A model generated the notes under the pieces. That model saw only the letters and a list, made by a program, of their open reading frames with translations, was not told where the DNA came from and made no database searches. A program made the position numbers and the translations under genes. A stretch of 63,828 nucleotides of DNA, the filler included, from Atractiella rhizophila (Eukaryota): NCBI GenBank assembly GCA_021432655.1. It is 12 parts of 8 records of this genome, joined end to end, with 100 filler letters (N's around TTAATTAATTAA, not from the genome) between each part and the next. Parts side by side here need not be neighbours in the genome. Positions count along the whole stretch, not along the records: positions 24,325 to 31,668 come from MU272069.1; positions 31,769 to 33,855 come from MU272069.1; positions 33,956 to 44,485 come from MU272070.1; 9 more parts are not named here. One strand, 5' to 3'. This document shows positions 24,325 to 40,873 of this stretch, piece after piece (the stretch's first letter is position 1; each line of letters starts with the position of its first letter).

Positions 24325-25343
24325 GGTGGCAGAACCAATATTGGTCTTGGAGAAACGTCGTCGTTGTCTCCAGTAAATGGAACGTCTTTCTCTTCGACTA
24401 AAAACGGAGTTCCAGGTGTGCTGTCTCTGTCAATCACGATATAAGTTTCTCCATCCTCGTCGACCCGCACAATTCCGGAGTGTTGGAGATGTGTAAAATG
24501 TTAGTAATACTTTGTTCATGAACATTCTGGAACTTTCTATTTGCCACAAGCTCTCATGTATATAAACACCTGTTCTTGTGTTTCTGCTGCTCATGCATTT
24601 GCAAGAGCTCAGCCAAACGTAATACATTTGTTTGAGGTTAACAAAGCAGCAGAGAAAAACAACACGGAGACAGGGGGATAAAGCTCAAGTGCTTCTGCTA
24701 GCAACCTTTTCGAATCGAGGACGACTTCGTCAAAGCTGACGTTGCTTGGAAGAGGGGCAAAGAAACGATGTAAACTGATGTGCACGGGTACACTGATCAA
24801 GTCGAGCGCGTGGAGTCTGATCTTGGAGGGGGCGAGAGGTAGATTGAACTTCGATGTTGGGAACACATTAAACTGTTGAATTTGAGCAATTCCCTGTCGC
24901 GGCATGATCTTCCAGTTGCAGTTACCTATCACACCATGAATTTGATCAACATTTCAAAGCGTCAAAATACAGTCATCGCACCTGCTTCAATTGTTGGTGT
25001 AAGGCGCTCTCGAGATCTAGGATGCACACTTGGCGGAATTCCACAGCTGTCACTTTTACACAAGTCAACGCTTTCAAGTTATCGAAGTCTCGAGTCACTC
25101 CACCGAGCTCATTATGTCGTGGATCCTATGCTCCTCTGGAAGCTTATGACTCGGAGCTCAGGGTCCCAACAGGTCTGCATTTTGTATGAGCAGTGTGCTC
25201 AAAGATACCAGAAATGGCGTAGGTCAAGTGGTCTGTTTGCATTATTGAACTCCTCTGTCATTCTCAGGCTTTTCCGGGATTTGCTGCTGTAATGACTCGG
25301 ATCAGGGACATCGCATTCAAATTGTGGACTCCAAGCGGCACGG
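24325..25343 (-). CDS. Internal fragment of an unidentified multi-exon gene
   Basis: Protein-like minus-strand ORF segments (24325-24470, 24670-24900, 25200-25343). Confidence 0.4.
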
Positions 25344-25368
25344 NNNNNNNNNNNNNNNNNNNNNNNNN

Positions 25369-26159
25369 CACCTCGAACTTCAGAAGACCCTTGATCTTCC
25401 CTCTTCGATGTTGTAGATGATAGAATCGTTGACCTTGATAGCAGGATCAGGGTACCTGATCGTGCGTCCATCGTGCGTGACGATGAAAGGAACCCCACGA
25501 GAGCCGAGTTGCACTTTTCGGACCTTAAGAAGCTTGTAGGTGGCTTCTTCTGCTGAGATGCGGTGGAGGGTGAAGCGACCCTTGGTGTCGTAGAGAATGC
25601 GGAAGTGTTCAGAGGACTTGGGGAGAGAGACAACGTCTGAAACACATTGTGTCGGTTTTAGCACAGCGGCTGTCAATAGCATGGAAGGCCTGACGCACCC
25701 ATGAATCCGAGAGGATAGGTGTTGTCAGTCCTGACCTTTCCGTCGACTTGTACGAGCCTCTGAGCAACGATCAGAGTAACCTCTCTTCCGGTTAGGGCAT
25801 ATTTAAGCCTGTTCTTCAACATGACCTGTAGCATTGACGGGTGCGAAATCAATCCACTGATTTGCCTCCACACCACATCAAAACATGAGAAAAGAGACTT
25901 ACGGAGAGAGGCAGTGACTCCCTAAGCTTGTGGGGACCTGGTGAGGGCCTTAACGGGAAAGGGTTTAGTTTCTCAGCCATCCATTATCGAAAGAATCCCG
26001 AACCTGCTCGCGTAGACGGCTCCTCCTACACCTCCGCCCAGCTTTGAGAGCATCCATGACGAAGGTGCTGCTAATCTTTTGAGGTGCTTCTTTGGTCCTC
26101 GTCCCTAGAACTCCACATCAGAACAGTTCCAGCAAAGGGATAGCTGGAAAGCGTACCAT
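25369..26159 (-). CDS. RPS4: 40S ribosomal protein eS4, 3' partial
   Basis: ATG|intron|[14 protein letters not shown]...[11 protein letters not shown]...NRLKYAL...VDGKVRTD...[12 protein letters not shown]. Confidence 0.97.
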
Positions 26160-26309
26160 TTTTCAAAGATCGTGAAAGAGAAACTTTTGCACTTGTCCAA
26201 ACCAGGCGAGCAAAAATCAAAAGCCACAACCCTAGAACCCTAAAAGAGCTCCGGTCGGAGTGACAACCACACTTTTGACTGAGTCACTAAGTTACAACAC
26301 AACACAACG

Positions 26310-26548
26310 ATGACCTCAAAGGACGACTCCATCAGCTTCCCAGAGGCGAAGCCCTATCACAAGTCAAGTGAAGGCCCAGATCCATTCGCGGATACTGAGG
26401 CGTCGGGGTCGACTTCGAGAGCTCTTGATGAGCCACCTCCAGCTTACGGGAAACTAGACGAAGAGCTGCCTCCAGGGTGGAAGAAGGAATATAGTGCTGA
26501 GCATGGCAGGGCCTACTATGTCGATACACTTGCGGACCCCCCTAGATG
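26310..26548 (+). CDS. WW-domain/PY-motif protein, first exon; remainder not found
   Basis: EPPPAY then LPPGWKKEYSAEHGRAYYVDT, followed by a gtgagt donor. Confidence 0.7.
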
Positions 26549-27057
26549 TGAGTGGTAATCTGAAGGAGAACGGCATTGATCTGAATGCGATCCTGTTCTG
26601 ATTTCTGATGCTCGGTGAGTTTCCCTTTGTTGCCAGGCTGTGACGGGACTCTTGCTTTGCCATCGCCCAACATAATGGTGTGACACTTTTAAAATAGGCA
26701 CATATGATATTGTAAAACAGATCTTGGTTTGCTTTGTGGCGTTAGTTTCTTCCGATGTTGGCATGATGTCATCATTCGAATTGAGACCTGGCATGCAAGA
26801 TTGTCTCTGCATTTATGCAGCTTGGGATTGCTTTGGAGCCTACGCCCGTTAGCATATCCTACGGATTTATTTCGCAGTTCCCCAAGTTTAGTGGTGTAGG
26901 TACTAGAACTAGTAGACCAGTTGCAGTCATCAGAATCGGACAAGCAAACGCTTGAACCCTTCAGTCAACACAAGTCAGAAACACAAGGATGACGAACTAC
27001 CCAAAACTTCTTCACACTGCCGCCTGACTTTGACAGCATCTTAGGCTTCTACTGACA

Positions 27058-28266
27058 ATGGCTACTTCGATGCGGTCTTTCCCTAACGAAATATTTCAGC
27101 ACATCTTCGACACCTTCAAGCAACGGTGCTTGCAACAGATCGGACCTGACGGAGGCGTCTTTTTCCCAGCCAGTTTGACCGTCTTGACCTGCAGCCTTGT
27201 CTGCCGAGACTTTCTGCACTTTTCGAGAACAGTATACTTTGAGCGCGACATCTTCTTCGAGCAGTTTAACGCGGAGGATGAACAATCTCTGATAAAGTTG
27301 AAAATTTTGCTTAAATCGCCTTACCAGACTTTACACCCATATCTCAAGCAAGTCCTTCTCATGGATTTTGCACTGACCAGGATTCCTGGTGGTGATTACG
27401 ACATTTTTGCTCTCACGAACGAAGTCAACATCACGAAACTAACGTTGAAGAACATATCCGCAAATTTTGATCAGACTCTGATACAAGGGTTCGGAAAGCT
27501 CACTTTCTTTAAAACCGAACAGATGCAGTGGTTGTTTGATGATCTCGCCGATTTTGCAGCACATCATCCAGGTATCGAAAAGCTCCACATAAAAGACTGC
27601 GATTTTTATCGACCGCGCGAAGGCACAGTCGAGGAAAAAATATCCATAAACACCCGTCGATTCTCAAGCGAGCTCCGGTACCTATTTTTTGGTGGGACAT
27701 CTGCAGATATTGTTCTGAATGGATTGCTTCCGCTTTGCAAGCTTGCAAAGCTGACGCACGTCAAGCTTTGGGACCCTTTTAGGCGGCCACACCACCACGA
27801 ACGAAATATCAAGGCACTACAGACTTTTTTCGAAAGACAAGGCGACGTCATATCGACCATCGAAGCTCGAAATTCATATACGCCTGTTGACATTCAAGCT
27901 GCAGCATGGACGTCAATCCTCCATTCTTATCTGCCCAGAACATCAGCCCAAGAAGTCACTTTCGAGTTTGACCACAGGACTGATCCTTTGTTCTGGGGCG
28001 AGGCCATCAGCAGTTGGGAAATGCACAACCTCGAACACCTCAGACTGGAGTGTCACAGGTGGGGAACCAGGTTATTTCAGGCCTTGAGGAAGAATCTCAC
28101 TAAGAAGAGGTTCCCTATGTTGCGATTGATAATCTTGAAGGAGAATGCACGGCCAGGGTGGAGAACGGAGACTGAGATGGCGAGGGATATGTTGAAGCGT
28201 CACTTTGAGGGATTAGGCATACGACTTGCTCTTGTAACCTATTGGCTAGATGGGAAACTCTATTGA
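27058..28266 (+). CDS. F-box-like protein with LRR-like body, intronless
   Basis: 402-aa ORF; FPNEIFQHIF...LTCSLVCRDF F-box pattern; LxxLxL repeats. Confidence 0.75.
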   Translation: MATSMRSFPNEIFQHIFDTFKQRCLQQIGPDGGVFFPASLTVLTCSLVCRDFLHFSRTVYFERDIFFEQFNAEDEQSLIKLKILLKSPYQTLHPYLKQVLLMDFALTRIPGGDYDIFALTNEVNITKLTLKNISANFDQTLIQGFGKLTFFKTEQMQWLFDDLADFAAHHPGIEKLHIKDCDFYRPREGTVEEKISINTRRFSSELRYLFFGGTSADIVLNGLLPLCKLAKLTHVKLWDPFRRPHHHERNIKALQTFFERQGDVISTIEARNSYTPVDIQAAAWTSILHSYLPRTSAQEVTFEFDHRTDPLFWGEAISSWEMHNLEHLRLECHRWGTRLFQALRKNLTKKRFPMLRLIILKENARPGWRTETEMARDMLKRHFEGLGIRLALVTYWLDGKLY

Positions 28267-29611
28267 GCCAACTTTGTTGGCATGGATATCGATACTCGAA
28301 ATTGTAATATATGTCGGATTGGACCCAGCGACCTCTGTACACCACTGAATGAGGAACAAATTGCATCGATATTCACCAACTGAATCCCTTTTGAAGCTGT
28401 TCTTACAAATAAAGATAGGTATCTATCGGCCCAAGGGTATCAACTGCCTTCACCGCACACGATGTGAGGTGATGTGAGGTAGTACGATCAATCTCCTATC
28501 AATCATCGTCTGTCACGACTTCCGCATACGCTGGAGGCCTTGCCCCAGCAGCGTTGATTTCGCCTGCACAAATAAGGCAAATGTCAATTTTTTGGTGGGA
28601 CATCTGCAGATATTGTTCTGAATGGATTGCTTCCGCTTTGCAAGCTTGCAAAGCTGACGCACGTCAAGCTTTGGGACCCTTTTAGGCGGCCACACCACCA
28701 CGAACGAAATATCAAGGCACTACAGACTTTTTTCGAAAGACAAGGCGACGTCATATCGACCATCGAAGCTCGAAATTCATATACGCCTGTTGACATTCAA
28801 GCTGCAGCATGGACGTCAATCCTCCATTCTTATCTGCCCAGAACATCAGCCCAAGAAGTCACTTTCGAGTTTGACCACAGGACTGATCCTTTGTTCTGGG
28901 GCGAGGCCATCAGCAGTTGGGAAATGCACAACCTCGAACACCTCAGACTGGAGTGTCACAGGTGGGGAACCAGGTTATTTCAGGCCTTGAGGAAGAATCT
29001 CACTAAGAAGAGGTTCCCTATGTTGCGATTGATAATCTTGAAGGAGAATGCACGGCCAGGGTGGAGAACGGAGACTGAGATGGCGAGGGATATGTTGAAG
29101 CGTCACTTTGAGGGATTAGGCATACGACTTGCTCTTGTAACCTATTGGCTAGATGGGAAACTCTATTGAGCCAACTTTGTTGGCATGGATATCGATACAC
29201 TGATGCTTTTGTGTTGCTACTCTAAATTGTAATTGTCGGATTGGACCCTGTACGATGGGAAACTCTATTGAGCTGACTTTTTGGCATGGATATCGATACA
29301 CTGATGCTTTTGTGTTGCTACTCGAATTGTAATATATGTCGGATGGGACCCAGCGACCTTTGTACACCACTGAATGAGGAACAAATTGCATCGATATTCA
29401 CCAACTGAATCCCTTTTGAAGCTGTTCTTACAAATAAAGATAGGTATCTATCGGCCCAAGGGTATCAACTGCCTTCACCGCACAAGATGTGAGGTGATGT
29501 GAGGTGGTACAATCAATCTCCAATCAATCATCATCTGTCACGACTTCCGCATACGCTGGAGGCCTTGCCCCAGCAGCGTTGATTTCGCCTGCACAAACCA
29601 GGCAAATGTCA
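27684..29611. repeat. Tandem duplication (27684-28586 and 28587-29611); second unit holds a 5'-truncated F-box copy and an internal ~100-nt duplication
   Basis: Both units start attttttggtgggacatctgcag and end gcaaatgtca; the ORF track shows identical C-terminal 180 aa. Confidence 0.97.
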
Positions 29612-32008
29612 GCTGGACGCTCAACGCTCAAGAGAGACAAGATCAGTAGAGTGTACGAACCTGAAACGAGCCTGGCGAACTGTAATGAGTGGTTCAAGGC
29701 TCGTTCAGCGGACCTCAAGTCCACAGGGGCTGTTGGGGTTGTCGGTGATTGAGGAATTGTATGGGCAAAGGCCGAGCCAGAATGTTGAGGACGCTCAAGG
29801 TCTGACAGCTCGTGATGGTGAAAGCCATGGTCGACGAGAATGGGCTGAACAGCTCCGCATTGATGGGACGCTTGGAGGTCTATTGTCCCGTCTGCGAAAT
29901 AAGTCGGCAAGTGATTCTGTGAACATCGACACTATAAAAAAAAAAACAAAAAAAACAAAACGGTGGCAAGAACCGGAAAGGAGGAACCAACCGAGAGGAT
30001 ATGTAGTGGAGACTCGATAATAACATCCCAAAGCTTTCTCTGTCCTTTCGAATCAAGATGATCATCATCTCCACGTTCAACTCGAATAACAATTCTTAAA
30101 AGATGCGAGATCGCCAATAGAGCCTTCTCATGCACCAAGGAGAAGTGAAGGTTGGACTGGCAATCCGGAAGCTGGAGTTCTCCTTCAAGGATCCAAGGTC
30201 CCAAAGGATCCGCCAACGAGGGGACCTGGGTCTCATCGCCCTCTCCAGCGACGAACAATTTCTTCAACGGGCTCGTCTCGAACGCATCTTCTTCATCGCT
30301 CGTGATCGGCAGAATCGCCGTCCGCTGCTCCCCAGGGATCTCAGCTTTGAGAAGTTGGAAGCGCTTCGGTCCTTCGTGCCTGCTGATCTTTTTTGAATGC
30401 GCAAAATAGTCCACCTTCTCTTCCAAGACGACCAAAATTCGATACACCTTCACTTTGGCGAGTGGGTCGAGGCGGATCGAGACCGGGATCTTCGAACCGA
30501 CGCAGAAGGACTAAGCACGGCTGTTGAGAAGAATTGTTGGAGAGTGACAGTGAACGACTTACCTTTCCTGACAATGCAACCATATATCGCATCTGCGTCT
30601 CCCAAAACCTCTCAATAACAATGCTCTCCACAGCTTCCGTGCTTTCATCAGAAGGGCACGACACGAGATGAACCTCCATTTCGCTCTGGAGGTTCGGAGT
30701 CAAGACTCCAGCGCGCTGGACGTATGCTTTCAATCGATAGACGACTGCTCCGAAGTTACAATGCAGCGTTGGCGGCAACGACGACGAGACGGGGATTTGG
30801 ACTGGATAGGTATACGTCCCGGGACGGAACTCTGTCCAAGCGTTCTCATCTTCTTTCTCTTCCTCCTCTTCTCTTCCCTCATGTCCCGCTTTTCGACCAT
30901 CTCCCATCCCTGAACCTGTTGACGGTTCCTTGCTGAGTAATGCCTCCTTGATCGCTCTCAACGTCTTCGTCCTTCCCCTCGAAGACTGGTCATTCTTCCC
31001 CGTCAGGCTAGTCGTCGTATCCCTACTTTCGCGTTCCGGACTACTCGGTCTCCTCCCACCGCTTCCGCCTTCCAACATGCTCTTCAACTTCTCTTTATCG
31101 TTCCCAAAGATCTTGCTCAAACTAAACCTACTCTTCTTCTTCCCCCCACCACTCGCTTTCTCCTCACTAAACCTCACCGTCGCCCCATTCCCACTCTCGC
31201 TAGGTCTCCTTCCCGACCCCGCAAACGAGAGCGAAGTGCCGGTGGTGGTGGAAGTGGCGGATTGGAACAAGTGTCCGTTTCCGATCGATCGTCCGCGTTC
31301 GCGCTCGAATCGCGCGTCTTCCCTTTCTTCTCCCGCTCGACCTAGTTAGGAAAGCAGAGAAGAGGGAGGTGTGGCGTCCTTCGCTGTCAGCTTCCTCAAG
31401 CCTGCGTGCATATGGCCCCATGTAACTTCGCAGCTGGAGTCTAAGTGGGCGGAGGGAGAAGGGAGGTGACAGTGCTTTGCGCTGGAGGAGGAGCTGGCCG
31501 TGAGGCGGCGGTAGCAGGTCCAACCGCTACTGTTTACCCTTGCCTCCTGTAGCACCCTCGCTGTAAAGCGTCTCGTCACCCAGGCCTTCGTGCTAAAGCT
31601 GATGGGCTCTTCTGAGCCCGTCTACCTGCCTGTAGTCAGCGAGGACACGGACCTAGGTGGCAGAGAGGNNNNNNNNNNNNNNNNNNNNNNNNNNNNNNNN
31701 NNNNNNNNNNNNTTAATTAATTAANNNNNNNNNNNNNNNNNNNNNNNNNNNNNNNNNNNNNNNNNNNNGAGGCGTCGCGCATTCTGCCTGTTCCGTCGAT
31801 AGTTCTGCCGATCGGAGCGGAGGAAGACGACGGGTTCAGTGAGGCGGAGCGAGAGCGTCGTCGGCGGCATGTGCGCGCGTGCTGGTGCTGTCGAGTAGGT
31901 AGTTGCAGGAGAAGAAGCTGAGGAAGCTGGTGAAACTGGGGAAGCTGGAGAAGAGATGAGGTCGTCGTTTTGTTGCGGCCGAAAGACCGTGAGGCGCGTG
32001 GGTGTCAT
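29524..32008 (-). CDS. Alpha-arrestin (ART/Aly-like ubiquitin-ligase adaptor), split by a linker; 31341-31668 mirrored
   Basis: LSLRLTEPVVFL N-terminus, WTEFRPGTYTYP, LPPTL, YRLKA, ISHLLRIVIRVERGD, C-terminal PPAY. Confidence 0.9.
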
Positions 32009-32159
32009 ATGACTCAGAATACGCTAATGCATGCTTTCCACTTTCGGCCTTCTTCTCTCCGTCTTGTGTTCATCGTTGCGCATCATCGCACCGCATCGTC
32101 ACCATCATCCTTTGTTTTTATTTCAAAGCCACACTCGTCTTCTTTCTCTATTCGTCAGT

Positions 32160-32950
32160 ATGGTGCGTTGTTGCGGGTGCATCGGGAGAAGTGCTGATGG
32201 AGCGGATGTGTAGGGATCTAACAAGCCTAGGGGACTTTTGGCAGCCAGAAAACTCGTCAACGACCGACGGGACAACCGATGGGTGCGTCTTTCATTTATC
32301 ATACGACAGGTCAGAGTGGTAATCGGAGTATTGGGATGTGTAGGCGGATAAGAACTACAAGAAGCGAGCGCTCGGCACCGCTTTCAAGTCATCGCCAACT
32401 GGAGGCGCATCGCACGCCAAGGGGATCGTTCTTGAGAAGGTGTGCCATTCGTTGCTTTTCAGTACCAGAATGCCTCATTGGATGGCAGGTTGGAGTGGAA
32501 GCCAAACAACCTAACTCGGCCATTCGCAAGTGTGTCCGTGTACAGCTCATCAAGAACGGAAAGAAGGTCACGGCTTTCGTTCCCAACGACGGTTGCTTGA
32601 ACTTTGTCGATGAGAACGATGAGGTTCGTCTACCATTTCCCTTTCGCCATACACTTCTTCCTTTCTTCGGCTTTCTATCTGCGTCGTAGGTATCAATGAT
32701 GTTGACGGATGGGTGGTGCACAGGTTCTCATCTCCGGTTTCGGTAGGAAGGGCAAAGCTAAGGGAGATATTCCCGGTGTGAGGTTCAAGGTGGTAAAGGT
32801 TTCAGGAGTCGGATTATTGGCTCTGTGGAAGGAGAAGAAGGTCAGTCTTTCCCATTCGCCATCTCCTTGCTTGCCAGCACCAACGAACCCTGGCTGCATG
32901 GAATGCTAATTGCTGCTCCGCTGCGTGAATAGGAGAAGCCAAGGTCATAA
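32160..32950 (+). CDS. RPS23: 40S ribosomal protein uS12 (S23)
   Basis: Six exons splice to MGSNKPRGL...[33 protein letters not shown]...[13 protein letters not shown]...KEKPRS-stop. Confidence 0.98.
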
Positions 32951-33426
32951 ACGCCTGATGTGCCGATCGGGAGGAAGTTGGATGGAGGAGGAGAGAAGCA
33001 GAGGAGGGCCACATGCTACCTACCTACTATGAGGGCTGGAGTCCGTATGCCGCAATATGCAATGATCTTTTTCGTTCACCAATCTCACGGTTTCCAAGCC
33101 TTCGATATTGTATCGTCCCATCCTGTTCAAGATCTCAAGAATAAGTAAAGGTTGGCAGAGATTCAAATTGCATCGGCACTCTTTCCAAGACTGCAAAGGA
33201 GGCATTATTGCATCCAGTGCACATTATTCTTTTTCCAACTTAGCAGAATACAACAATAATCTCCTTCATTTACATGTAGCACTGAGCGGTCGGAGAACCG
33301 GGAAGAATAAAGTTGATGAACAAAGTTCCTTCATCCACCACTGCCAAATAATCCCTGATCCACAGCTCCTCCTTCTCTCTTTTAATCGCTGCTCCACTGG
33401 AATACCACCCTTAAGCTGAGGGAAGC

Positions 33427-33855
33427 ATGAACATCCGAGCTCCTCGCTTCCTCACGGGGGCACGCAAAGGTGCGTCACGCCACTTCCACGACACCCTCCA
33501 GCCCGGCGCACAGAAATGTGCATTGTGTATCTGCCTGGATGGAGGCGCTGATTGATTGTGTGGTCGTGCGACCGTGTCGGTGTAGGGGAGAATCATGAGT
33601 TGAGAGCGGACTTGAATAGCGAGTATAGGGACAGAGTGAAGGATGCGATCCAGAGGACCATTGCTAACATGGTGCGTTTTCACTCTCTCCGTCTCACTTT
33701 GTCGCTAATTTGGTGGCTTCAGACGGTGGGGAAGGTACGTTCAATATCCCTTTGTCTATGTTGTGTCGTAGAAAGCAAGAGATTGAGATGCCTGCTGCAT
33801 AGGACGTTTCTGGTCTCTTCCCCGACGTCCTCAAGAACATGCAAACCGACGACCT
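33427..33855 (+). CDS. APL2: AP-1 adaptor beta subunit, N-terminus only
   Basis: RK|GENHELRADLNSEYRDRVKDAIQRTIANM|TVGK|DVSGLFPDVLKNMQT. Confidence 0.85.
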
Positions 33856-34361
33856 NNNNNNNNNNNNNNNNNNNNNNNNNNNNNNNNNNNNNNNNNNNNT
33901 TAATTAATTAANNNNNNNNNNNNNNNNNNNNNNNNNNNNNNNNNNNNNNNNNNNNCATGCTCCGCTTCCCGCACAAGTTCCTGGCTAGCGCCAACCCTCC
34001 TCTGTACTCCTATCGCTATGAGAGAATTTGAAAGGGCTTGCTTGGCATAAGACGATACCTGAATAACATCGCGCTAGCAACCCGGTAGATGATAAATATA
34101 ATGCTTGAGTGGGAACGTCGGTTCACGCGTCGGGTCCGCAGATGCTACCATGTCCTGCGTGTGCACCTCCGTTCGCAAGAACCGGTGGAGACGGAGGAAC
34201 CGACACTCTCTACATATGCCTCGAGTCACTTGGCCGTCGTATAATAACATGGATGCTTTCTTCGATTCCTCCTGCACGATCAACTCAAAGTTAACTGGCA
34301 TAACTATCGATTCGCAAAGCGCGTTGGAACGGAAGGTTGAACTTGTTATCTCTCCATACCG

Positions 34362-40326
<5,965 letters not shown>

Positions 40327-40352
40327 CCTGATTCTTAAGTTTGCAACTACTC

Positions 40353-40496
40353 GGACAAGCTAGGTCACTCTCATTGTTTTAAAGTTTGATCTAGACTGCC
40401 TTCCTGTTTATTTCATTAGCCTACCTACTACAGGGACTTTCGTTTGGACAAGCTAGGTCTTTCTCATTGTTATAGTTTGATCTAGACTGCCTTCCT
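40353..40496. repeat. ~52-nt imperfect direct repeat in the ABC 3' region
   Basis: ggacaagctaggtc...ctcattgtt...agtttgatctagactgccttcct at 40353 and 40446. Confidence 0.85.
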
Positions 40497-40873
40497 TGAT
40501 TGCTTCTATACCCAGACTTGCACCACTATCACATTGTCTTCAGGACCTCCACCCCTTTACCCTTTACTAGTACTATCGTGTCAAGCATGTGTAATGAAGT
40601 CTCATGAAGATTCGAGACCTTCTGACTTCCATCATGAGGGACGGTGTGACAAGTGGATTCCATTTGAGTTGGATGAATGGAATTGGTACTTCCGAATCAA
40701 AGTGTAGCTTCGACTTCCTCCTGTCCAGCATTGTACTTAGGAGCCGCACGAGCACCGTGTCAGTGTGAGTATAAAAGGGATGATTTCTCAGGTATTATTC
40801 TTTTGATCCGTCATATGTCAAGCTGGACCTCTGCGTCCCCATCTACCACACTGCTTCTTTGACTCCGCCTGTC

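Noticed and set aside
10594..25401. Frameshifts in SDR (10594-10598) and RPS4 (25399-25401) as programmed frameshifting or pseudogenes
   Set aside because: Each is fixed by one base in a homopolymer, like the slips at 6901, 17670 and 31617; consistent with run-length sequencing errors.
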